56,249 nt of DNA from NCBI GenBank assembly GCA_947448685.1, contig CANFOP010000001.1, positions 1-56,249 on the forward strand. The letters run 5' to 3'. The notes beneath the pieces are model-generated. The model was not told the DNA's origin and did no database searches. It saw only the letters and a program-made list of their open reading frames with translations. The position numbers and the translations under genes were made by a program. Within the stretch, counting starts at the first letter, position 1, and each line of letters starts with the position of its first letter. Below are positions 48,369-56,249 of this stretch, one piece after another. Source of the DNA: Chitinophagaceae bacterium. Lineage in GTDB: Bacteria > Bacteroidota > Bacteroidia > Chitinophagales > Chitinophagaceae.

Positions 48369-49391
48369 ATGACTCTTCCCAACGGAATATCTATAGTAAT
48401 ATGTACTTACAATGGAATAAATAGATTAGGCCCGACACTATTATCTATTTTCTCACAACAATTAACATCAGATATTTCATGGGAATTAATTATAGTTGAC
48501 AATGCATCTACGGACAACACTACTGACTTTTGCAGAAAAATGATTGAATCCAGTGCCTTTGGAAATAAATCGAGAATTGTATTTGAATCAAAACAAGGAT
48601 GTAATCATGCAAGATTAAAAGGATTGCAGGAGGTGAAATACAGGTGGCTGTTATTTTGTGATGATGACAATCATTTATTTCCGGATTATCTGGAACAAGC
48701 CTGGAGTATTTTAAACAACAATGAAAACATTGGAGTGCTTGGAGGTATAGGGATTCCATTATTTGAAGACCAAAAGCCCGACTGGTTTGATACATATTCA
48801 AAGTCTTTTGCTGTTGGTCCACAATCAAAAACAGATGGAAAAATTACCATTTCGGATAAAAAACAATTATACAGCGCAGGCAGTTTTTTTAGAAAAGAAG
48901 TCTTGATAAAATATTACGATAACGGATTTACTACCATCATGAAGGGCCCCAGTGGAAAGGAATTAACAAGAGGAGAAGATACCGAATGGTGCTTCATGAT
49001 TCAATTGGCGGGATTCGATTTATGGTATAGCAGTTCATTGAAGTTTTATCATTACATGAGCAAAGAAAGAATGACCTGGGCGTATTATCTGAAATTGAAA
49101 ACAGGAATTGCGAAAGGAGAGTCAAAACTTTTTCCATACCACTTATTTTTAAAATCAAATAAACCTGCCTACTATCAATTTTTAATTAGCTATACCCAAT
49201 CTTTGCTTTATCATAACTTTATTTGGATCCAATTCAGAATAAGAAATTTTATTAAACCTTCAAGATATAATTCTGAAGAGTTATCGTTGGGAAAAAAAAT
49301 AAGCAAAGCAAAAGCAGTTTCTTTTATTATAGATTTTTCACCGGCATTCAGGCAATTCATAAAGATCAAAAGAATTTTGAGATTCATATGA
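48369..49391 (+). CDS. Glycosyltransferase family 2 (related to 41974-43029)
   Basis: ISIVICTYN, VDNASTD, FCDDDN, GEDTE. Confidence 0.92.
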   Translation: MTLPNGISIVICTYNGINRLGPTLLSIFSQQLTSDISWELIIVDNASTDNTTDFCRKMIESSAFGNKSRIVFESKQGCNHARLKGLQEVKYRWLLFCDDDNHLFPDYLEQAWSILNNNENIGVLGGIGIPLFEDQKPDWFDTYSKSFAVGPQSKTDGKITISDKKQLYSAGSFFRKEVLIKYYDNGFTTIMKGPSGKELTRGEDTEWCFMIQLAGFDLWYSSSLKFYHYMSKERMTWAYYLKLKTGIAKGESKLFPYHLFLKSNKPAYYQFLISYTQSLLYHNFIWIQFRIRNFIKPSRYNSEELSLGKKISKAKAVSFIIDFSPAFRQFIKIKRILRFI

Positions 49392-51304
49392 TCAATCTTA
49401 GCAGTACATGTAAAGAAATATTTAACAATAAGGTTGATGCTTTAGGTTTATCTGTATTCAGGGTGTTGTATGCAATAGTGTTGTTTTTTGAAACCACACA
49501 ATTATTCAAATACAGACATATAGTATATGACAAAAATTCTTTTGTAAGTGTTGGAGAAATTGACGTTACTTTTATTTTCTTTTTTTGGTTTATTATTTTA
49601 GGGATGTTGATGTTGGGTCTTTTTACAAGATTTACTACTATAGTAAATTACATATTTGGTGTTATCATCTTTAGTTCTGCCAATTCTTTTGAGTACCATA
49701 TATTTTACATGTATGTTGGAGTTAATTTTTTATTGATGTTTATGCCTATTTCAAGAGTATTTTCTTTGGATAGTTTATGTCAGAAGTTAAAATACTCAAG
49801 GGTTGGTTTTGATTATAAAATTGATAGAAAAATTTTAGAGATTAATTATTTAATAGTAGTTTTTTCTGCAATTGCACTTGTTTACTTTGATTCGATATTT
49901 CAAAAAATTTCAAGTCCTATGTGGAGAAGCGGATTGGGATTGTGGTTGCCTTCCAGTCTTCCAATGGTTACATGGAATAATGCCAGCACAATGCTTAATC
50001 AGGAATGGCTCATGAAGTTTTTGGGTTATTTCGTATTGTTATTCGAAGGTTGTTTCATTTTTCTTTTTTGGTTTAAAAAACTAAGAATCTCATTAATGCT
50101 GATAGGTATATTTTTTCACATAGGAATATTGGTTTTATATCCGATACCTTGGTTTGCATTATCTGTAACCGCTGTATATTTATTGATGTTGCCTGAAAAA
50201 TTTTGGTTGCAACTTTCCAATAGCATTAAATATAAAAAAAGTAACTACTTGTTTTTATATGATTCAGAATCTCCATTATGCAATAAGGTGGTTTTTGTAA
50301 TAAAACACTTTGATATTTTTAATGGTGTAAATTGTTTGTCTGTTCAGGAGAATTACAGAAAAGAAACTTCATTGCAACAATTTTCAGAAGAAAAATTGCT
50401 TACAAATATCCATGGAATAGACAATAAGGGAAATTTATTTGCAGGATATGATGCATATGTTCAGTTGTTTAAATATTTAATTTACACATATCCGCTGAAA
50501 CTCTTCATGTTGATGCCCGGAATTTCTTTAGTAGGTAAAAGACTATACCAAAAAATAGCATTCAAGAGGGTAAAAAAAAGTGGTATAGTTGAAAATTATT
50601 CAGTTCCGGTTTATCATCTTCCTGTTTCTGAAACGGATGATTTTTTAGTGAAAGGATGGAATAAGCTGAATCTGTCAAAGTTATTTTGGAAATTTGTTTT
50701 TCTTTTTTTGTTGCTGTTTCAATGTATGTTGATTTGGATTTCTCCGACTGGATTAAAATTCTTCCCAACCAATTTCTCCTTAAATAAAATTCCTTTGTAT
50801 TTTTTTAATAACAATAAAGACTTTCTTAAAAACTATCTCGGAATTACCTATCATCCGGTTTTTTTAGAATCGCATTTCAGAGATTACAATCATATTTTAA
50901 AAATAACCTTTTTTGATGGAAGCAAAGAGCATTTGGTTCCATTGTTAAATGAAAAAGGAATGCCTGGAGAATATCTGAAAGGAGAAATCTGGAGTAATTT
51001 TACATTTAGTGTAATATCTCCGCTTCTATGCAAATCCGTAATGGAAAAGGGGTTAGATCCATATTTAAAATTGTATTTGTCTGACAAAAAAATCAATGCT
51101 TCGAACGTTGATTTTAATTTCTATATCAAAGAAATCGAAACCGCTCATCATTGGGAAAAAGATTTTTTGCAAAGACAAATTGATAAACCATGGAAATATG
51201 CCGGTTCATGCAAATTAACGGGATTTACATTTAACTATTATTGGAATGACAGCACAAAACTTCTTTTTACAAATGAAATTAAGTACAGTCACTGGTTGAA
51301 ATAG
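49388..51304 (+). CDS. HTTM (vitamin-K-dependent carboxylase-like) membrane domain + degenerate DCC/DUF393 domain + unknown C-terminal domain, copy 1
   Basis: DALGLSVFR, YH...FMP.SRVFSLD, VYFDSIFQK...W..G, FHIGI; DCC site reads YDSESPLC; ATGA overlap with the upstream GT2. Confidence 0.8.
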   Translation: MINLSSTCKEIFNNKVDALGLSVFRVLYAIVLFFETTQLFKYRHIVYDKNSFVSVGEIDVTFIFFFWFIILGMLMLGLFTRFTTIVNYIFGVIIFSSANSFEYHIFYMYVGVNFLLMFMPISRVFSLDSLCQKLKYSRVGFDYKIDRKILEINYLIVVFSAIALVYFDSIFQKISSPMWRSGLGLWLPSSLPMVTWNNASTMLNQEWLMKFLGYFVLLFEGCFIFLFWFKKLRISLMLIGIFFHIGILVLYPIPWFALSVTAVYLLMLPEKFWLQLSNSIKYKKSNYLFLYDSESPLCNKVVFVIKHFDIFNGVNCLSVQENYRKETSLQQFSEEKLLTNIHGIDNKGNLFAGYDAYVQLFKYLIYTYPLKLFMLMPGISLVGKRLYQKIAFKRVKKSGIVENYSVPVYHLPVSETDDFLVKGWNKLNLSKLFWKFVFLFLLLFQCMLIWISPTGLKFFPTNFSLNKIPLYFFNNNKDFLKNYLGITYHPVFLESHFRDYNHILKITFFDGSKEHLVPLLNEKGMPGEYLKGEIWSNFTFSVISPLLCKSVMEKGLDPYLKLYLSDKKINASNVDFNFYIKEIETAHHWEKDFLQRQIDKPWKYAGSCKLTGFTFNYYWNDSTKLLFTNEIKYSHWLK

Positions 51305-51343
51305 AAAATTATTAAGAAAGCATTATTTTATTAACTATCTAAA

Positions 51344-53221
51344 GTGAAAAGTTTATTCTCTCAAACAATATTCAACAATAAAGTTGATGCTACTGGATTA
51401 TCAGTATTCAGATTTTTGTACTCAATTATTTTATTTGTTGAAATCTCGAGATTATTCAAATTCAGGCATTTGATTTACGACAAGATACCTTTTCAATATG
51501 CAGGAGAGATAGACACAACATTCATCTTCATATTCTGGTATATTGTTTTAGGGTTATTATTGCTTGGGCTATATACAAGAACAGCCACCATTATAAATTT
51601 TGTTTTTGGAGTTATCGTTTTCAGTTCCGCAAAAATGGTTTCCTATCATGTTTATTACTGTTATGTTACAATGAATATTTTACTCATGTTTATGCCTGTA
51701 TCAAGGGTTCTATCATTGGATAATCTATTTAAAAAATTAAAATACAGTAGTATCAACTCCTTCTATGTTGTCGACAGAAAAATATTGCAGATTAATTATT
51801 TATTTCCCGTTTTTGCTTGCATAGGATTAGTTTATTTTGATTCAACTTTTCAAAAATTAAATAGCCGATTGTGGCTGGATGGATTAGGGATGTGGCTTCC
51901 TTCAAGTCTTCCGATGATCACATGGAATGATGCAAGCTGGATTTTAAATAATGAATGGCTGATAAAATTTGTAGGATATTTTGTTATTGTATTTGAAGGA
52001 CTTTTCATCTTTTTGTTTTGGCATAAACCTTTTCGAATTCCATTGTTGATAATTGGAATTTTGTTTCACATAGGCATCTTGTATATTTATCCTATTCCTT
52101 TATTTGCTATAACAGCAATGGCGATTTATTTATTACTATTACCTGAAGCATTTTGGATAAGGTTGTCTAATTTATTTATCACTAACAACAAGACCTACAA
52201 GTTTTACTATGATGCAGAGTGCCCGCTTTGTATTAAAACGGTTACACTAATCAGACATTTCGATATATTTAAAAAAATCAATTGCATAACTGTACAAAGT
52301 ATTGCAAATAGTGAGCCTGCATTAAAGCAATACAGCGAAAATGAACTATTGATAAATATTCATGGAGTAACAAAAAAAGGAAAAGTATTGATTGGATATG
52401 ATGCCTACATTGAACTGCTTAAAAAAATGATGTATACCTATCCAATTGCATTACTGATGATTTTGCCGGGAGTTTCATTAATTGGTAAAAAAATGTATAA
52501 ATACATCGCAGGAAATCGGTTGAATCAAAGATGCACAGAAGAAACATGTATCATTCCTGTTTATACCAACCCACCTCTTGAGACAGATGATTATTTGGTT
52601 TCAGGCTGGAACCAACTGAGAATTTCCAAATCTTTTTGGAAATTCATGTTTCTTATTTTTATTGTAGGGCAGACACTTGTCATTTGGTCATCTCCATTGG
52701 TTCAAAAAAGAGTAAGTATTATCAAACCGGTTAATAAAGTTCTCCTTAGCACTTATTATAATACCAAATATATTTTCAAAAGATATGTAGGAGTTACCAA
52801 TCACCCGGTTTTTCTAAACGATCATTTTGATAAAAATAATCACATTTTTAAAATCACTTGCTTATATAACAACAAGGAAATAACCATTCCTATCATCAGA
52901 AACAATGGTATGCCAGGTAAATATAACACTGGCCAGTTATGGTGCTATTATACATTTTTCACGTCTTTTGATATTATAAGGCAACAAACTAATTTTTATA
53001 CGTTTGAAGAAAGGGTTACACCTTTTTTAAACCTTTTTGCAATTGACAATAAGATTAATTTAAACAACGCTTCGTTTAAGATATATATTAAGAATATAGA
53101 CATCCCTCAAAAGTGGCAAAAAGATTTTCTGCAGAAACAAATAGAAAAGCCGTGGAAAATAACAGGAACATGTAAACTTGAAAATAATAAATTTTTATTT
53201 CATTGGCTGAACTTACAATGA
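51344..53221 (+). CDS. HTTM + intact DCC1-like thiol-disulfide oxidoreductase domain + unknown C-terminal domain, copy 2
   Basis: Same HTTM motifs; canonical DCC features FYYDAECPLC, IHGV..KG....GYDA, YKYIAGNR, plus CTEETC. Confidence 0.85.
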   Translation: MKSLFSQTIFNNKVDATGLSVFRFLYSIILFVEISRLFKFRHLIYDKIPFQYAGEIDTTFIFIFWYIVLGLLLLGLYTRTATIINFVFGVIVFSSAKMVSYHVYYCYVTMNILLMFMPVSRVLSLDNLFKKLKYSSINSFYVVDRKILQINYLFPVFACIGLVYFDSTFQKLNSRLWLDGLGMWLPSSLPMITWNDASWILNNEWLIKFVGYFVIVFEGLFIFLFWHKPFRIPLLIIGILFHIGILYIYPIPLFAITAMAIYLLLLPEAFWIRLSNLFITNNKTYKFYYDAECPLCIKTVTLIRHFDIFKKINCITVQSIANSEPALKQYSENELLINIHGVTKKGKVLIGYDAYIELLKKMMYTYPIALLMILPGVSLIGKKMYKYIAGNRLNQRCTEETCIIPVYTNPPLETDDYLVSGWNQLRISKSFWKFMFLIFIVGQTLVIWSSPLVQKRVSIIKPVNKVLLSTYYNTKYIFKRYVGVTNHPVFLNDHFDKNNHIFKITCLYNNKEITIPIIRNNGMPGKYNTGQLWCYYTFFTSFDIIRQQTNFYTFEERVTPFLNLFAIDNKINLNNASFKIYIKNIDIPQKWQKDFLQKQIEKPWKITGTCKLENNKFLFHWLNLQ

Positions 53222-55134
53222 GTACTTTACCAGAAAAATTAAAAGACGATTGGAAGTCGGTGTTTAACAAAAAAGTTGATGCACTGGGCTTGGCAGTATT
53301 CAGAATTTTATATGCGGTTGTTTTGTTTTGTGAAATATCACAACTATATAAATTCAGACATATCATTTACGATAAAAATCCTTTTTCCAACACAGGCGAA
53401 ATTGATGTCACCTTTATTTTTTTCATTTGGTTTTTAATATTGGGATTGATAATGATAGGCCTCTTTACCAGAATTTCACTGATATTAAACTACCTTTTTG
53501 GTGTAATTATTTTCAGTTCGGCAAATTATTATGAGTATCATATTTTTTACATTTATGTTACCGTCAATTTTTTATTGCTTTTTATACCAGTTTCCAGGGT
53601 TTTTTCTATTGATAGTTTGATCAAAAAAATTAAATATTCTGAAATAGGCCATGAGTATAAAACAGATAGAATGATATTGGAAATAAACTATCTGATTCTT
53701 GTGTTTGCAGGAATTGCTTTGGTTTATTTCGATTCCATTTTTCTTAAGTTGTCAAGTCCTATGTGGTTGGATGGATTAGGAATGTGGCTTCCTTCAAGTT
53801 TACCTATGGCAGTTTGGAATGATACCAGTGTCATTTTGAATCAAGAGTTTTTAATAAAATTTTTAGGATATTTTGTGATTGTTTTTGAATGTGTGTTCAT
53901 TTTTCTTTTTTGGATCAAAAGGCTCAGGGTTCCTTTGATGATTATTGGAATATTATTCCATATTGGAATATTATTCATATACCCTATTCCTTGGTTTGCA
54001 TTAACTGTTATCGCCTTGTATTTATTAATGTTGCCCGAAAAATATTGGAAAAAAATATCTAATCTGTTTAAAAGTAAATCCTATAGTTTTCAATTTTTGT
54101 ATGATTTAGAAAGTCCGTTACATAATAAGATTGTTATAGCGATAAAACATATGGACTTGTTTAGTAAAATCAATTGTCTGCCTATACAGCAAATTACCAG
54201 TAAGCAATCATCGTTAAAAGATATTCCTGAAAAAGAAGTTTTAATGAAGATTCATGGAGTAAACAATTCTGGAAAATATTATATTGGCTATAATACTTAC
54301 GTCCAACTATTTTTTCATTTAATATATACATTCCCCATAGCCCTGTTAATGATATTGCCGGGAATATCTTTTTTATGTAAGAAACTATATAATCTAATTT
54401 CAGGTCGAAAAATAAAAAGTGTAAATATTAGTGAAAGTAAAGCAGCATCAAATTTTTCCAAACAACAAAAGACAAGTTTATTCCTGAAAGGATGGAGCGA
54501 GGAAAATATCACCATCTTTTTTTGGAAGATGATATTAATTGTGTTGTTCTTTTTTCAGTGTCTCGTAATTTGGACGACACCATTTATACAGTCAAGAATT
54601 TCCAAAACCAACCCTATTAATCAAATTGAACATATACTATATTATAAAACAAAGTTTTTTGCAAAAAAATATTTAGGTGTGATGAGACATACCGTTTTCT
54701 TAAATGATCATTTTTACAACTATACACATATTTATAAGGTTACTTTTCTAAATGAAAAAAACGAAGAGATATTAGTTCCATTAATTGATAACAATGGAAT
54801 GCCTGCTAAGTATATCAGCGGGCCAACCTGGAGATATTATGCATTTGGAATTTCATATTCAATGTTGGAATTTCAAACCAATCAAACTAATCTTGAAACA
54901 GGGTTGATTCCATTTTTAATTTATTTTTTAGACCAAAAAAAAATTCGAGAAAACAAACTGACCTTTAAATTATATGTAAAAGATATTGACAAACCTCATA
55001 AATGGAAAAAAGATTTCTTGCGCGAACAAATTAAAAAACGATGGCAGGAAGCAGGTTTATGTAAAATGGAAAACGGTCAAGTAAATTACCATTGGAATAA
55101 AAAAATGGATTCTGTTTTTAATAATATAAGATAA
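53218..55134 (+). CDS. HTTM + DCC-like domain lacking both CxxC cysteines + unknown C-terminal domain, copy 3
   Basis: Same HTTM motifs; DCC site reads YDLESPLH; ATG at 53218 overlaps the copy-2 stop (ATGA). Confidence 0.8.
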   Translation: MSTLPEKLKDDWKSVFNKKVDALGLAVFRILYAVVLFCEISQLYKFRHIIYDKNPFSNTGEIDVTFIFFIWFLILGLIMIGLFTRISLILNYLFGVIIFSSANYYEYHIFYIYVTVNFLLLFIPVSRVFSIDSLIKKIKYSEIGHEYKTDRMILEINYLILVFAGIALVYFDSIFLKLSSPMWLDGLGMWLPSSLPMAVWNDTSVILNQEFLIKFLGYFVIVFECVFIFLFWIKRLRVPLMIIGILFHIGILFIYPIPWFALTVIALYLLMLPEKYWKKISNLFKSKSYSFQFLYDLESPLHNKIVIAIKHMDLFSKINCLPIQQITSKQSSLKDIPEKEVLMKIHGVNNSGKYYIGYNTYVQLFFHLIYTFPIALLMILPGISFLCKKLYNLISGRKIKSVNISESKAASNFSKQQKTSLFLKGWSEENITIFFWKMILIVLFFFQCLVIWTTPFIQSRISKTNPINQIEHILYYKTKFFAKKYLGVMRHTVFLNDHFYNYTHIYKVTFLNEKNEEILVPLIDNNGMPAKYISGPTWRYYAFGISYSMLEFQTNQTNLETGLIPFLIYFLDQKKIRENKLTFKLYVKDIDKPHKWKKDFLREQIKKRWQEAGLCKMENGQVNYHWNKKMDSVFNNIR

Positions 55135-55141
55135 CTATAGA

Positions 55142-55993
55142 ATGTTAATTGCCATCACAGGTGTATCGGGATTTTTAGGCTCTAAAACTGTTGAAGCTTT
55201 ATCTTCTACTTATGATATATTTGGAATCAGTCATTCTGTTTCCAATCATCCCATAATTCCTGTTTTTCCATTTCAAGAACTGGAGCGTATTGAATCATAT
55301 CCCGAAGTGGTTGTACATTGTCATGCCGCTGTTTCATCCGGAATAAATAATGTTGATAAAAAATTACTTTTTGACGGTAATGTACATGCTACACAGAAAA
55401 TAATAGCCAGATACCCTGAAGCGAAACATATCTATATATCAACCGCATCCGTTTATGAACAAATCGATGAAATAAAAACGGAAACTTCAAATGTAGCACC
55501 CGTTTCAGACTACGCCGTTTCAAAATTACAGGCTGAGAATGTTGTTTTGAAAACAGACAATGCCGTTATAGTCAGATTGTCATCATTATATGGCATTGGT
55601 ATGAAAGAAAATACGATTATACCTAATTATATTAATCAGGCAATAAACAATCAACAGATAGATGTTTGGGGTAAAGGCAGCAGGAAACAAAATTATATTC
55701 ATGTAAGTGATGTTGCAAAGCTTATAGATAAAATTATTCATAGGAATATTTGGGATAAAAAAATATACTTAGGTGTAGCAGAAAAAGAATACAGTAATGC
55801 AGAGTTGGCTACAATGATTGCTGCATTTACAAACGCCGATGTTCAGTTTATAAATGATGATTTGTCTATATCAAATCGATTTGATAATCATTTTACAAGA
55901 AATGAATTAAATTGGTGTCCACAAGTTGATATTTCATTGGAGTTGAAAAAAATGATAGAATGGAAACAAAAACAGTCCTGGTTACCGGAATAG
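55142..55993 (+). CDS. NAD-dependent epimerase/dehydratase (extended SDR)
   Basis: TGVSGFLG, HCHAA, ISTASVY, YAVSK (YxxxK), RLSSLYG, YIHVSD. Confidence 0.92.
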   Translation: MLIAITGVSGFLGSKTVEALSSTYDIFGISHSVSNHPIIPVFPFQELERIESYPEVVVHCHAAVSSGINNVDKKLLFDGNVHATQKIIARYPEAKHIYISTASVYEQIDEIKTETSNVAPVSDYAVSKLQAENVVLKTDNAVIVRLSSLYGIGMKENTIIPNYINQAINNQQIDVWGKGSRKQNYIHVSDVAKLIDKIIHRNIWDKKIYLGVAEKEYSNAELATMIAAFTNADVQFINDDLSISNRFDNHFTRNELNWCPQVDISLELKKMIEWKQKQSWLPE

Positions 55994-56249
55994 GAGGTAA
56001 TGTTGGTCAAGGTGTATTAAGAAACATCGTTTCTCTGAAAAGCAATATTAGGATTGTGGGAATTGATATTGCAAGTTTTACAGCGGGTAATCACTTGTGT
56101 GATGTAACGTATAAAGTTCCCTACGCGTATGATGATATGTACATTTCATCAATACAAGAAATTGTAACAAAAGAGAATATTGATTTAATAATCCCCACAA
56201 CCGACTATGAGGTTTATTATTTATCATTAAATAAGTCGGCAATTGGAAC
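55960..56249 (+). CDS. N-terminus of a second ATP-grasp (PylC/CarB-like) protein, truncated by the window edge and absent from the ORF track
   Basis: Open frame from ATG 55960: METKTVLVTGIGGNVGQGVLRNI...IVGIDI...YKVPYAYD..YI..I.EIV.KENIDLIIPTTDYE. Confidence 0.8.
   Translation, partial: METKTVLVTGIGGNVGQGVLRNIVSLKSNIRIVGIDIASFTAGNHLCDVTYKVPYAYDDMYISSIQEIVTKENIDLIIPTTDYEVYYLSLNKSAIG

Noticed and set aside
51870-53799. 38-nt stretch with 2 mismatches shared by HTTM copies 2 (51870-51907) and 3 (53762-53799), suggesting gene conversion or misassembly
   Set aside because: It encodes the conserved Trp/Met-rich WLDGLGMWLPSS, so codon constraint largely explains it; the copies are otherwise well diverged, which also argues against an assembly artefact.
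30791-54943. A9 homopolymers in glycan genes (30791-30799, 38642-38650, 54935-54943) as phase-variation tracts
   Set aside because: All frames are intact, and A/T runs of similar length also occur in housekeeping genes of this AT-rich DNA.
1-56249. CRISPR arrays, tRNA/rRNA genes, IS elements, integrases, prophage or defence genes
   Set aside because: No repeat-spacer pattern, RNA-gene signature or transposase/integrase/phage motif was recognised; nearly all sequence is accounted for by the listed CDSs.

Overview
AT-rich Bacteroidota DNA, most like Chitinophagaceae, judged from the TAnnTTTG -7 promoter elements, a T9SS type-B CTD protein and the ACIII-aa3 operon. It has three parts. (1) 1-8.5 kb: the 3' end of an alternative complex III / A1-type cytochrome c oxidase operon (actF, coxB, coxA, cyoE, two subunit-III genes, subunit IV, then SCO and DUF420). 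(2) 8.5-26.2 kb: housekeeping genes (S1 protein, ATL, trmB, Lrp, OppC-type permease, GT2, amidase, DASS transporter, asd, lamin-tail T9SS protein, PfkB, Sua5/YciO, EamA, GNAT, SixA, OM barrel). An orphan terminator and small ORF lie between trmB and the Lrp gene. (3) 26.7 kb to the end: a >29 kb co-directional Wzm/Wzt surface-glycan locus. It is preceded by a sigma-54-like promoter and an ops-like GCGAAGC hairpin. It encodes a VioA-like aminotransferase, two ATP-grasp proteins, TagD/TagF-like enzymes, an SGNH+MBOAT pair, methyltransferases and many glycosyltransferases, one resembling animal B4GALNT (GT12). The most striking element is three tandem ~630-aa paralogs. Each fuses a vitamin-K-dependent-carboxylase-like (HTTM) membrane domain to a DCC thiol-disulfide domain and an unknown C-terminal domain. 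All keep the GGCX-type His/Lys motifs, but only the middle copy keeps the redox CxxC (copy 1 SxxC, copy 3 SxxH). No rRNA, tRNA, CRISPR array or mobile element was recognised. All calls are from motif recognition by eye; no database searches were run.
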